From assembly GCA_012960135.1 (NCBI GenBank), contig DUBW01000040.1, forward strand, positions 185 to 64,184: a stretch of DNA of 64,000 nt. Reading direction: 5' to 3'. Below are positions 1 through 10,027 of the stretch, one piece after another. Position numbers and translations under genes: made by a program. Below the pieces are notes generated by a model. The model was not told where the DNA came from, did no database searches, and saw only the letters and a program-made list of their open reading frames with translations. Each line of letters begins with the position of its first letter. Position 1 is the stretch's first letter. The stretch comes from Methyloprofundus sp. Its GTDB lineage: Bacteria; Pseudomonadota; Gammaproteobacteria; Methylococcales; Methylomonadaceae.

Positions 1-1
1 G

Positions 2-208
2 ACCGGTGTTGATAAGACAGCATTAAACATCCTTAAAGCAAACAGCGCAGGCATTACTAAGAAAGCGGTTGAAATGGCGTTAGAGGGCGATACTGGAATG
101 ATTAAGTTATGCCTTGATAAGTTGTTACCGCAAAGTTCACTTGTCCAGCAACAATTGCAAGAACAGATATTAGCACTTGAAGAGGCTGCACATAATGATT
201 CAAAGTAA
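2..208 (+). CDS. 5'-partial DUF5681-like / phage terminase-small-subunit-like protein
   Basis: Frame 2 is open from the window edge to TAA at 206-208: TGVDKTALNILKANSAGITKKAVEMALEGDTGMIKLCLDKLLP...; the KAxExALEGD..LCLxxLLP pattern is recognised from DUF5681-type phage/satellite proteins. Confidence 0.6.
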   Translation, partial: TGVDKTALNILKANSAGITKKAVEMALEGDTGMIKLCLDKLLPQSSLVQQQLQEQILALEEAAHNDSK

Positions 209-446
209 CCAGGAACTGCAAAAGAGGCTGGATGCTATGAAACCTAATGACTCACATAACGTCGCTATTATATTTCTGAGTGGCGATACTGCAAATGGCT
301 GTATTGAAAAGTCTGGTCACACTATTGAGGAGCTAAGGCGTTGTGAAACTGTGCATGTGGTTGTGGGTTTTGATGGTGATGAAGAGGCTACAATGAAAAG
401 CGATAGGTTAAGTCTTGAGATCAGGGAATTGCTTGCATGTGATTAA
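195..446 (+). CDS. small hypothetical protein of the integrated element
   Basis: ORF track 177..446; ATG at 195 overlaps the end of the upstream ORF, so is the likelier start. Confidence 0.55.
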   Translation: MIQSNQELQKRLDAMKPNDSHNVAIIFLSGDTANGCIEKSGHTIEELRRCETVHVVVGFDGDEEATMKSDRLSLEIRELLACD

Positions 447-586
447 CTAACTTTAAAGCTCAGCCAGGCTAGGATTTTTTGTGCCTGATGATAAGGTTAA
501 GCAATGTTAGAGACGTATACTGAAACGTGTACCAGGAGCTATTGATATTTATTAGTGATTAATAAACAATTACTTACTGCCAATAA

Positions 587-676
587 TGGCGGAGAGGCAG
601 GGATTCGAACCCTGGGAGGGGATAAACCCTCAACGGTTTTCAAGACCGCCGCTTTCGGCCACTCAGCCACCTCTCC
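587..676 (-). tRNA. tRNA-Ser(TGA)
   Basis: Reverse complement GGAGAGGTGGCTGAGTGG...GTC-TTGAAAA-CCG...GGTTCGAATCCCTGCCTCTCCGCCA; long variable arm, encoded CCA. Confidence 0.97.
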
Positions 677-816
677 GTAAGACTGGTATAATACGCAATT
701 TTGAGGAAAATGAAAAGTCTTTTATGCAGAAATGATTGATGTAAATTGTTTTAATTAATAATTCAAGGATTTAAAAGACGGTTGCATTATTTTTTCCTGT
801 CATTCTTTGCCAGTCT

Positions 817-1116
817 TTATTGCTCCTTGCTTGAAGCATGCCCCATCTTATGCGTCAGCGTGTTATAAACTTTCATGCATAAAATTGATGATGCAAGAAT
901 CAAAGTAATCGCATTTGCATAGATAATGGCGGTATCATCCAAATATATGCCATAAATAAGCCACAGTAATACGCCTGTGGTAAAAATACTGTACATACTT
1001 AGTGAGAGTGACTCTGTGTCTCTCGTTTTAAGTGTCATAATAGCTTGCGGCAAAAAAGAAAGAGTGGTGAGTGTCCCCGCCACATAGCCTATTATTTCTG
1101 GCGAAATTGTGATCAT
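817..1116 (-). CDS. SemiSWEET / PQ-loop family transporter
   Basis: IGYVAGTLTTLSFLPQ motif, 3 TM helices, 99 aa. Confidence 0.9.
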   Translation of the reverse strand: MITISPEIIGYVAGTLTTLSFLPQAIMTLKTRDTESLSLSMYSIFTTGVLLWLIYGIYLDDTAIIYANAITLILASSILCMKVYNTLTHKMGHASSKEQ

Positions 1117-1183
1117 CTGATTTGTTGTATGGTGTTTATATAACCAGCTCTATAGTTATTGGCTAGCCTAATGGGAATTGCTT

Positions 1184-1807
1184 TTATTTCGTATCCCCTG
1201 CCCTGCGGTGATGATCCTGGTCTTCGACTTTATCTTTAACAAAATCATTTTTTCGTTTTAGCGTAGGAAATAAATGATTTTTTTCCCAATAAAATCCTAA
1301 CCAGATAAAAGGAATTGTAATAAGCAAGTCGATAGCAAAGTGCGCTTCCATCAAGATGGTTAATCCGGCGGTGCAGAATAATAAGGCACCGATTAAATAA
1401 AAGCGGAAGCCCAAGACTATGCCGCTAAGAAACATGGTATGCGCCAGAATAATGTGGATGGAAATTGCAGTTGCCTGAGCTTTCATCATTTCGGCATGCC
1501 ACAATAAAAATATCAGCAATATTGCAAAAAAAGCACTGCCCCAAAAAAGCATTTGGTACTTTATTAAGTGTTCCGTTTCATAACCTGTTGCCAAAGCTTT
1601 GGTTTTTTCACTTAGCATAGAGCAGAAAAAGAAAACAGGTGACATTAATAGCCAGTAGAATACACCTGCTCTACCTGAAATCTCTATTAACACTTCACCA
1701 AAAAAGCATAGGGATATCAAGGCAATGAAAATTATTTCATTAATATAAATATGGTGCAAAGCTGCATTCATATTCCACTTTGAATTTAATTGGCTCTGTT
1801 CAGTCAT
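1184..1807 (-). CDS. hypothetical multi-pass membrane protein
   Basis: 207 aa with about 6 hydrophobic segments; co-oriented immediately after hemN. Confidence 0.8.
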   Translation of the reverse strand: MTEQSQLNSKWNMNAALHHIYINEIIFIALISLCFFGEVLIEISGRAGVFYWLLMSPVFFFCSMLSEKTKALATGYETEHLIKYQMLFWGSAFFAILLIFLLWHAEMMKAQATAISIHIILAHTMFLSGIVLGFRFYLIGALLFCTAGLTILMEAHFAIDLLITIPFIWLGFYWEKNHLFPTLKRKNDFVKDKVEDQDHHRRAGDTK

Positions 1808-1820
1808 AAAAATACCTCAC

Positions 1821-3200
1821 TTATATAACTTTTGAAAATTGCTGTCTGTTCGCATTAAGATAGCGATCGAAGATCATACAAATATTGCGAATAAGTAAGC
1901 GTCCTGCTGTTAATACATGAATGCCTCTGTCATCCATCGTTAGTAAAGCATCTTTTTGCATGCGATATAAAACGGTGAGTTCATCAGAAAAATAATCTCT
2001 AAACTGAATAGCGTATTGCTGCTCAATTTGTTCAAAGCTTAAGGAGAAATGACATATTAGCTGGGTAATCACCGCACGGCGTAGTTTATCATCGTCATTT
2101 AACACAAGTCCCTTAAATACTGGTAACGCACCTAGCTTAATGGCTGCATCATACGCAGCTAAATCTTTTACATTTTGTATATAGCTATCGGCCACACGTC
2201 CAATAGATGTTATACCTAATCCAATCAAGTCACAATCTGAATGCGTCGAGTAGCCTTGAAAGTTGCGATATAATTTATTGTCTCTTTGCGCTATTGCCAG
2301 TTCATCATCAGGCTTGGCAAAATGATCCATGCCGATATAAATATAGCCGGCTTCTAGTAAACGCTGAATAATCATTTGCAGGATATCCAGCTTAACTTCT
2401 GCACTGGGCATGTCTGCTTCATTCATCTGCCGTTGTGTTTTAAACCTTGCAGGAAGATGTGCGTAGTTAAAAATTGAAAAGCGATCAGGATCGACACTGA
2501 GAATTTTATCCAGGGTGACAGAAAACGATGCAACCGTTTGCAAAGGTAAACCGTAGATTAGATCGATACTGGTAGAGCGAAAGCCCTCTTTTCGTGCAGC
2601 CTCTAATACCGCAAAGGTTTGCGCTTCTGATTGAATACGGTTAACCGCTTTCTGTACTGCAGGATCGAAATCCTGAACGCCTAGACTGATACGATTAAAG
2701 CCTAATTCACGCAACTGTTTAATCGTTTGATTATCTGTTGCGCGTGGATCAATTTCTATCGAATACTCGCCGCTATCATCCTCTCTTAGATTAAAATTCT
2801 GGCGTGTCTCATTCATCAAACGATCCATCTGCTGATAATCTAAAAAGGTCGGTGTTCCTCCGCCCCAGTGCAACTGATTAACGGTACGTTTATTATCAAA
2901 AAGCCGACCTTGCAGCTCGATCTCCTTAAATAAATTAGCTAGATAGGGCTCCGCATGCTCTCTATTTTTGGTGATGATTTTATTACAAGCACAGTAATAG
3001 CAAACGGTATCGCAAAAAGGAATGTGAAAATACAGCGATAAAGGGCCACCCCGCTGATTAGATAATTCAATTTGTTGCAGGTAGTCTTGCTCGGTAAAAC
3101 CGTCATGCAACTCTAAAGCAGTGGGATAAGATGTGTAACGTGGCCCCGATTTATCGTAGCGATTAATCAGATCCAGATCGAATTTTACGGATTGATTCAT
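1821..3200 (-). CDS. hemN: oxygen-independent coproporphyrinogen III oxidase
   Basis: GPRYTSYPTA, radical SAM CxxxCxxC (CDTVCYYC), YRNFQGY. Confidence 0.97.
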   Translation of the reverse strand: MNQSVKFDLDLINRYDKSGPRYTSYPTALELHDGFTEQDYLQQIELSNQRGGPLSLYFHIPFCDTVCYYCACNKIITKNREHAEPYLANLFKEIELQGRLFDNKRTVNQLHWGGGTPTFLDYQQMDRLMNETRQNFNLREDDSGEYSIEIDPRATDNQTIKQLRELGFNRISLGVQDFDPAVQKAVNRIQSEAQTFAVLEAARKEGFRSTSIDLIYGLPLQTVASFSVTLDKILSVDPDRFSIFNYAHLPARFKTQRQMNEADMPSAEVKLDILQMIIQRLLEAGYIYIGMDHFAKPDDELAIAQRDNKLYRNFQGYSTHSDCDLIGLGITSIGRVADSYIQNVKDLAAYDAAIKLGALPVFKGLVLNDDDKLRRAVITQLICHFSLSFEQIEQQYAIQFRDYFSDELTVLYRMQKDALLTMDDRGIHVLTAGRLLIRNICMIFDRYLNANRQQFSKVI

Positions 3201-3241
3201 TATATTTGTCTATGCTCAAATTTAAATCAGCACCAGTTTTC

Positions 3242-3299
3242 GGGAGTAGCTTTTAGCCTGTATGACTAACGGAGCCTGGTAGGCTAAAGCCTACTTCCC
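3242..3299. repeat. REP-like inverted doublet
   Basis: GGGAGTAGCTTTTAGCCT...AGGCTAAAGCCTACTTCCC; same GGCTTTAGCC/GGCTAAAGCC core as the other copies. Confidence 0.7.
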
Positions 3300-3306
3300 T
3301 CATTAA

Positions 3307-4893
3307 CTATAATTCTCGTGTTGCACTGAATTGAATATCGGGCCAGCGCTCTTCTGTCAGCTGCAAGTTAACCCGACTAGATGCCAGATAGACTAGGTAA
3401 CCGCCACCATCTTCGGCTAAATTATCGAAGGCTTTTTTCTTGAATTCTGCAAATTTTTCTGCGTTATCGGAACTAACCCACCGCGCTGTATTAATTGAAA
3501 CATTATCATATACACATTCAACATTGTATTCGGCTTTTAAGCGGAATGCAGTGACATCGAACTGCAATACCCCAACTGCACCGAGTATCAGATCATTATT
3601 TTTTAAGGGTTTAAATAACTGGGTAGCACCCTCTTCTGTTAATTGCACCAGACCTTTTTTCAATGCCTTTCCGCGCAAGGGGTCTTTCAGAACCACACGA
3701 CGAAATAACTCAGGTGCAAAATAAGGAATGCCTGAATATTTAAGCACTTCGCCTTCAGAAAAGGTATCACCCACCTGAATGGTGCCGTGATTATGCAAGC
3801 CAATTATATCGCCAGAATAGGCTTCTTCAATGTTTGTACGGCTAGCCGCTTTAAAGGTAATGGCATTACCGACCTGTATTTTTTTGCCGATACGCACGTG
3901 ATTAATTTTCATGCCTTTATCAAACTTCCCGGAACAGACCCGTAAGAATGCAATTCTGTCACGGTGTGATGGGTCCATATTGGCCTGGACTTTAAATACA
4001 AAGCCAGAAAATGTCTCTTCCTGGGCACTGACAAAACGCTGATCTGCTTCCCGACCTTTAGGTGCTGGTGCATATTCAGCAAAAGCATTCAGTAACTCTA
4101 AGATACCAAAATTATTAATCGCAGAGCCAAAGAAAACAGGCGTTTGGGTTCCGGCTAAATAGGCATCTAAATTAAACTCATGACTTGCGCCCTTAACCAG
4201 TTCAATTTCTTCTCGTAGTTCGTCCGCCTGATCACCCACTAAAGCATCTAATTCAGGATTATCCAGACCTTTGATGGTATCACCTTGCATGATTTTCCCA
4301 CCATGTGTCGCACTGAATATATGTACTGTATCTTCATATAAATGATAGACGCCTTTAAAACGCTTACCCATCCCAATCGGCCAAGTTATTGGCGCACACT
4401 CAATATTGAGTACCGATTCAACTTCATCCAGGAGCTCAATCGGCTCTTTACCTTCCCGATCCAGCTTATTAATAAAGGTCAAAATAGGCGTGGTACGCAA
4501 GCGACACACTTCCATCAATTTGATGGTGCGGTTCTCTACCCCTTTTGCCACGTCGATCACCATTAACGCTGAATCAACCGCTGTCAGGGTACGATAGGTA
4601 TCTTCAGAGAAGTCCTCATGCCCGGGGGTGTCCAGTAGATTCATGATGGCAGAATTATGCTCAAACTGCATCACCGAGGTGGTTACCGAAATACCCCGCT
4701 GCTTTTCCATTTCCATCCAGTCAGATGTCGCATGACGGTCTGCCTTACGTCCCTTAACCGAACCTGCTTGCTGTATTGCACCACCGAATAATAATAATTT
4801 TTCAGTTAATGTCGTCTTACCCGCATCCGGGTGAGAGATAATGGCAAAGGTTCTTCTCCTATTAAGCTCATTGATAAAATCTACATCTGACAT
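3307..4893 (-). CDS. prfC: peptide chain release factor 3
   Basis: [29 protein letters not shown] GTPase motifs; 528 aa. Confidence 0.98.
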   Translation of the reverse strand: MSDVDFINELNRRRTFAIISHPDAGKTTLTEKLLLFGGAIQQAGSVKGRKADRHATSDWMEMEKQRGISVTTSVMQFEHNSAIMNLLDTPGHEDFSEDTYRTLTAVDSALMVIDVAKGVENRTIKLMEVCRLRTTPILTFINKLDREGKEPIELLDEVESVLNIECAPITWPIGMGKRFKGVYHLYEDTVHIFSATHGGKIMQGDTIKGLDNPELDALVGDQADELREEIELVKGASHEFNLDAYLAGTQTPVFFGSAINNFGILELLNAFAEYAPAPKGREADQRFVSAQEETFSGFVFKVQANMDPSHRDRIAFLRVCSGKFDKGMKINHVRIGKKIQVGNAITFKAASRTNIEEAYSGDIIGLHNHGTIQVGDTFSEGEVLKYSGIPYFAPELFRRVVLKDPLRGKALKKGLVQLTEEGATQLFKPLKNNDLILGAVGVLQFDVTAFRLKAEYNVECVYDNVSINTARWVSSDNAEKFAEFKKKAFDNLAEDGGGYLVYLASSRVNLQLTEERWPDIQFSATREL

Positions 4894-5197
4894 TGGGTCT
4901 TTTTTCCTGGTGTGTTCAAGTATTTGTACAACAAATAATGTTAATTCAAAGCCCTGAATTCAGAAGTCTATCAGTTGCATATCAACCACACTTCCATCAA
5001 AGCATTCTTAATTAAAGAGTGCATTATACCTGCTTAGCTACAAAGATATAAACCATACTCAAGTTTGGCATTACTTGAATGCTGATAAGCGCCCCAAATT
5101 AATGAACTACTCTAGGTACTTCTGGGCAACTAATATCTTATATCCATAATCCTGCATAGTAGGCTGCCTGGAATGTGCAGCGATTATCTAGCGGGGA

Positions 5198-5629
5198 TTA
5201 TAGTGAATCAACGCCCTGATTGGCTAATTGATCTGCTTTTTCATTACCGGGATTACCCGAGTGCCCTTTAATCCAGAGCCAATCTATTTCATGTTTCTGC
5301 ATAGCTGCATCTAGGCGTCTCCATAAGTCTTCATTCTTAACTGGTTTGTTTGCTGCAGTTTTCCAGCCACGTTTTTTCCAGTTGACAATCCATTCTGTGA
5401 TGCCCTGTAACACGTACTTGGAATCACTATATAGCGTCACGGAATAGGGTTGATTTAGCGCTTCTAAAGCCTGAATAGCGGCCATCAATTCCATGCGATT
5501 ATTGGTGGTTTCCAATTCACCGCCATACAACTCTTTTTCAGTATCGCCTCTTTTAAACCAAACTCCCCAACCACCTGGTCCCGGATTTCCACGACAGGCG
5601 CCATCCGTATATATTTCAACTCTCTGCAT
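5198..5629 (-). CDS. rnhA: ribonuclease HI
   Basis: [33 protein letters not shown]. Confidence 0.98.
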   Translation of the reverse strand: MQRVEIYTDGACRGNPGPGGWGVWFKRGDTEKELYGGELETTNNRMELMAAIQALEALNQPYSVTLYSDSKYVLQGITEWIVNWKKRGWKTAANKPVKNEDLWRRLDAAMQKHEIDWLWIKGHSGNPGNEKADQLANQGVDSL

Positions 5630-6341
5630 TATATTGTCTTTGTCTTATTGGAATATCAATTATTTTAGCCATTGCATATTTTGATTGATAGTCTCGTATG
5701 GGTGTCAAAGGGATAAGATGATAGCACCTTTTAATCGCTTTAATACCATAGGCAGCAACTCTTAGTTCCTGCTTTCTTGACTCTGCATGTTCAGAATTTA
5801 TTCGTGTTGTATCAAAATTGAACCCAGCAGCCACGTCAACTTCAAAGTTTAGTAAGCGCAACCAGTCTTCAATTCGTGTTCGACTAACCAGATCCGGAAA
5901 CCAGCGAGTATGCTTTTTTCTGCGCTTTATATATTGCAGGTTAATGTATATATTCCAGGGATTAAAGCTGAGAATAGTTAATTTACCTTCTGGCTTTAAA
6001 ATACGTTCAACTTCACGTAACACTCGGTGTTTATGTTGAGAAAATTCTAGTACATGCGGCAAAATAACCATATCTACCGACTCCGACTTAAACGGCAAGG
6101 CGATAGTCGACCCTCTGACTAGCTTGCTTTCGTAACATGAGTCCTGCTCGTCATCTAGGACATAAAATTGCTCATATAAACTACAATCTATAAAGTCGTT
6201 TTCCCACCCTAAAGCACCGATTTGGACAATAATCTGCTTACAACTCACAGTAATTGAGTGCTTCAAAAATGCTGTTTCCTGCTGTTGTAATATCTGTCCT
6301 TTCGTGGTGTCAAACCATTCATGTATTACCTTGCGATGCAT
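5616..6341 (-). CDS. class I SAM-dependent methyltransferase (YafS-like)
   Basis: [27 protein letters not shown]; usual position upstream of rnhA. Confidence 0.85.
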   Translation of the reverse strand: MHRKVIHEWFDTTKGQILQQQETAFLKHSITVSCKQIIVQIGALGWENDFIDCSLYEQFYVLDDEQDSCYESKLVRGSTIALPFKSESVDMVILPHVLEFSQHKHRVLREVERILKPEGKLTILSFNPWNIYINLQYIKRRKKHTRWFPDLVSRTRIEDWLRLLNFEVDVAAGFNFDTTRINSEHAESRKQELRVAAYGIKAIKRCYHLIPLTPIRDYQSKYAMAKIIDIPIRQRQYNAES

Positions 6342-6386
6342 TTTCTTTACTCATATAAAAACAAGTAAATAACGATACCAGATTAC

Positions 6387-6548
6387 TAAGGAACCCGCAC
6401 GGAATAAGTTGAGCATCTGGCACAGGGTTTTTATTCGCATTCAAGGCATAGAATCAGGAGCATAGCTCGCTACGTAACAGTTTCCGCACCACAGAAGACG
6501 GATAAAAAGACAAGTCAGTTGCTTAAATTATTTCGTGCACGCTCCTAA
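6387..6548. repeat. ~162-bp palindromic MITE-like element
   Basis: Imperfect terminal IRs TAAGGAACCCGCACGGAATAA and TTATTTCGTGCACGCTCCTAA, plus an internal IR (TTTTTATTCG / CGGATAAAAA). Confidence 0.6.
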
Positions 6549-6579
6549 TGCAAATAAAGTAATTTTTATACCTCATGTC

Positions 6580-6729
6580 TTACCAGATAATTCCGACAGC
6601 AACAATTGACACCACAAAACATAGGGTCGCTAAGTCTTCTATGGCATGTAATAGCCAGTGCTGTTGATCCTGCATAATCATATCAATTCGATTGGTAATT
6701 TGATCTTGCATATGAATTTTATGTTGCAT
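6580..6729 (-). CDS. unannotated 49-aa protein with C-terminal TM helix, immediately downstream of lexA
   Basis: GGAG RBS 7 nt before ATG; MQHKIHMQDQITNRIDMIMQDQQHWLLHAIEDLATLCFVVSIVAVGIIW*; below the size range of the ORF track. Confidence 0.6.
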   Translation of the reverse strand: MQHKIHMQDQITNRIDMIMQDQQHWLLHAIEDLATLCFVVSIVAVGIIW

Positions 6730-6742
6730 TTTAGTTCTCCTA

Positions 6743-7369
6743 TTAATTAATATAACTACGCATTTGTCCGACTAAAACACCTTGTATTTCCACTTGTTCA
6801 GGTCTGTATTTCATAGCAGACATATTTGAATTCGCTGGAATGAGTAATGTTTCATGCGGGTATTGCTCAATAAACTTTAAAGTCGCCTCTGATTTCTCTA
6901 TTAAAGCGACGACAATTTCACCGTTACGTGCACAACTTCTTTGCTCAATAATGACCCAGTCACCGTCAAAAATCCCCTCCTCTATCATTGAGTCCCCTTT
7001 TACTTGCAGGATATAACAAGTCTTATCAGTTTTAATCTGCTCGGGAATATTAATATAACTAATTTGTTCAATTGCTTCTATCGGCCTACCTGCAGCTATA
7101 AAACCCACAAAAGGAGTTCCTGCCGACTCATCACTAGCTTGTAAATATTGCTTCGCCTGTTCCGTTAGCCTGATACCTTTTTGCTTGCGATCAGATGATT
7201 CAACCAGGCCTGCTTCAATCAGCGCTTTAATATGTTTATGTAACGACCCCCGTGAATTTAAACCCAGTGCACTACAGACCTCATCTAAGGTGGGTGGATA
7301 GGGAAAATCCTTGTGGTTATTGAGCAGAAATTCAAAAATATCCTGCTGTTTTCGCGTTAAACCATTCAT
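6743..7369 (-). CDS. lexA: LexA repressor
   Basis: wHTH (LTRKQQ..PPTLDE..LHKHI), cleavage site GFIAAG, catalytic Ser (GDSM) and Lys (ATLK); start placed at ATG 7369 after a GGAG RBS. Confidence 0.93.
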   Translation of the reverse strand: MNGLTRKQQDIFEFLLNNHKDFPYPPTLDEVCSALGLNSRGSLHKHIKALIEAGLVESSDRKQKGIRLTEQAKQYLQASDESAGTPFVGFIAAGRPIEAIEQISYINIPEQIKTDKTCYILQVKGDSMIEEGIFDGDWVIIEQRSCARNGEIVVALIEKSEATLKFIEQYPHETLLIPANSNMSAMKYRPEQVEIQGVLVGQMRSYIN

Positions 7370-7373
7370 TTCT

Positions 7374-7424
7374 GTTCTCCTTTTGTTTTGTTGCAAGTAT
7401 AGTAGGAGAACAAATAAAGAACAA
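7374..7424 (-). promoter_or_regulatory. lexA sigma70 promoter with GTTC-N7-GTTC-type operators
   Basis: Minus strand TTGTTC-N17-TATACT; perfect GTTC-tttattt-GTTC at 7408-7422 overlaps the -35; second near-match at 7374-7388 overlaps the RBS. Confidence 0.7.
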
Positions 7425-7570
7425 GGTTATTTTGCAATTTATTTATATTTTCCCTCAAACTATCCGTTATTGGCTTTATGAGTTAGCAACCCACTAATAA
7501 TATAGCCATGGTAAAATTATTTTATCTAGGCCCATTCACCTAATAATGCCTCATTACACGGATTTTTGAC

Positions 7571-9340
7571 TTGATACAGATTGATCTTTTAGCCGTCGCT
7601 TTAATACTTCCGTGTTCTTTATTTCTGCTCGCCAGCAATCGTTTTCCTGCCGACAGTATCTTATTGGGTGTGTTGAGTTTGTTACTTATTGGTGGCATAT
7701 TAACCCCCTCAGAAGCTCTCTCTGGATTTTCCAGCCCAGGCGTGGCAACCATCGCGGTACTCTATGTCACCGTGGCAGGATTGCGCGAAACAGGTGCTAT
7801 TGCATGGTTAGGTCGCCTGCTCCTGGGACGGCCTGCGAATATGTCTCTAGCATTGATACGTTTGCTGTTACCTGCCGCAACTATTAGTATGCTTATAAAC
7901 AACAGTCCTGTGGTTGCGATGTTTACCAGTGCAGTGCAAGACTGGAGTAAACGTAGTGGATATAGTGCTTCACATTTTCTATTACCGCTTAGTTATGCAT
8001 CCATCATGGGTGGAACCTGCACTCTGATCGGTACGAGTACCAACCTTGTTGTCGATAGTTTAATGCGCCAATCTGGTTATCCCGGCTTTGACTTATTTGC
8101 AATTGCTGCAGTTGGATTACCCATAACCATCGCTGGCTGCCTATATCTTATTGTTTTAGGACCCTATTTAATTTCGGAGCGTAAGGGAGCCATTGAGCAA
8201 TTCAGTGATGTTCGCGAATACCTGGTAGAAATGTTAGTGAAACCGAATTGTGAACTATCAGGGCAAACCATACAGGATGCTGGCCTGCGTCATTTACCCG
8301 GACTGTTTTTAATAGAAATCGTGCGCGATGGCGAAATTATTCCAGTTGTATCACCACAAACGGTTATTCATACTAATGACCGGTTGGTATTTGCGGGTGC
8401 AGTCGATTCAGTAGTTGAACTACGTCGTATCCGCGGTCTGGTGATTGCGACAGATCAGGTATTTAAACTGCAAGGACGTGATCATGAGCGGCGTATGTTT
8501 GAAGCTGTTATCTCTGCAGAAAGTCCGGTTGCCGGGCGTAATATACGCGAGGCTCGCTTTAGACATCGGTATAATGCCGTTATTTTGTCTATTGCCCGCA
8601 ATGGTTACCGCTTAAAAGGAAAAATTGGTGATATCGTGCTACAAGCCGGTGATACATTATTGCTCGAAGCACAAAAAGGATTTCTATTTAAATTTCGTAA
8701 TAGCCGGGATTTTTTGCTGGTTAGCCGATTAGAAAACTCCCAAAATCTACGTCATAATCGTGCCTCCTGGGCGATTGGCATCATGGTCTTAATGGTCATA
8801 CTTATCATTAGCGGCACTATGAATATACTATCCGCTGCTGTGTTAGCTGCCGGTACTATGTTGATTAGTGGCTGTTTAAATATGGAAATTGCGCGTACTA
8901 GTATCGACTATAAAGTGTTACTTGTGATTGCCTGTGCCTATGGACTGGGAACGGCAGTACAAAAAGTGGGGCTTGCCGATTTGCTTGCTGCCCAGGGCCT
9001 GTTAATTGCTAATGGTAATCCTCTAATACTGCTGGCAATAGTCTATATTGCCACTGCATTATTAACCGAAACGATTACCAATAACGCAGCCGCTATTGTC
9101 ATGTTCCCTATCGCCATGAGTGGTGCGCAAAGCCTGGATGTCAACACAGCACCCTTTGCTGTTGCCGTCATGATTGCCGCTTCTGCCAGTTTCGTGACCC
9201 CCACGGGCTATCAAACCAACCTAATGGTCTTTGGCCCTGGAGGATATCGCTTTAGCGACTATGTAAAACTAGGCCTGCCACTCAGTCTATTAGTTGCCTG
9301 TATAGCGCTGTGGATTATTCCTCAGGTATGGTCATTTTAA
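7571..9340 (+). CDS. SLC13 family permease with TrkA-C domains (possible sulfate/carboxylate transporter)
   Basis: GFSS..V.TIA, INNSPVV, GGTCTLIGTSTNL, two RCK-C-like soluble domains, TPTGYQTNLMV. Confidence 0.9.
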   Translation: MIQIDLLAVALILPCSLFLLASNRFPADSILLGVLSLLLIGGILTPSEALSGFSSPGVATIAVLYVTVAGLRETGAIAWLGRLLLGRPANMSLALIRLLLPAATISMLINNSPVVAMFTSAVQDWSKRSGYSASHFLLPLSYASIMGGTCTLIGTSTNLVVDSLMRQSGYPGFDLFAIAAVGLPITIAGCLYLIVLGPYLISERKGAIEQFSDVREYLVEMLVKPNCELSGQTIQDAGLRHLPGLFLIEIVRDGEIIPVVSPQTVIHTNDRLVFAGAVDSVVELRRIRGLVIATDQVFKLQGRDHERRMFEAVISAESPVAGRNIREARFRHRYNAVILSIARNGYRLKGKIGDIVLQAGDTLLLEAQKGFLFKFRNSRDFLLVSRLENSQNLRHNRASWAIGIMVLMVILIISGTMNILSAAVLAAGTMLISGCLNMEIARTSIDYKVLLVIACAYGLGTAVQKVGLADLLAAQGLLIANGNPLILLAIVYIATALLTETITNNAAAIVMFPIAMSGAQSLDVNTAPFAVAVMIAASASFVTPTGYQTNLMVFGPGGYRFSDYVKLGLPLSLLVACIALWIIPQVWSF

Positions 9341-9419
9341 AAACAGAATTACGAGTTATTATCTGAAATAGACTGCTCTTAGATCAGACTCTGACAAATA
9401 AAAATACTAACAGAAAGAG

Positions 9420-10020
9420 TCAGCCGCCTAGGTTTTTATTCAAAGAAGAATAGTGCGCTTCCACTTTTTGTTCTAATGTCGAACTAAACAATCTAATAAA
9501 ACTATCCAGACTATAGCCAACAAGAAAAGAACTGATCCTCGTTACGCTAGCAACATCAGATAAAAAGATAAAACCAAACAAACCCAATAGCGCCATCACT
9601 TTATATGCGCACTAAAATAGATCAACCAATCACTCGCGGCATAAATCTGCGGCAGCCCTGTTGCTTTACTACGCTTAATTTTTCTATGTGATATGAATAT
9701 ATCACCTCTGTCAGTACAGCAGCCAAGACAATCAATAAAGTTTTTGCATCCATATTCATATTGTCTATATCAATATAAGCTTTTTCACCAATAAACCAGC
9801 CGCCTATCGTAGCCGTATAAACTGCTAACAGAATGACCAAGAAGCTTCGCCACTGTCCTGCCCTTTCTGGGTCATAGCGGTAAATCAGTCCTGCTTCTAC
9901 TGTATTTGATGCCTAGGCAATGGAATTAATTACTTTCTTGCAATCTCCTGCAGATGGCGCCTCATCAACAAATAACAAACAACAAATGAAATGGCAGGTA
10001 ATACCCCGGCCTGGGCTTCC
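9420..10020 (-). pseudogene. fragmented membrane-protein gene
   Basis: Hydrophobic reading segments broken by stops and frameshifts (..VILLAVYTATIGGWF.., ..LLGLFGFIFLS..FLVGYSLDSFIRLF..). Confidence 0.5.
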
Positions 10021-10027
10021 AGAGAAC

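Noticed and set aside
3440-4597. Antisense ORFs inside prfC, and similar ones inside carB, glmM, ftsH, nirB, dnaE and others
   Set aside because: Shadow ORFs opposite well-supported genes.
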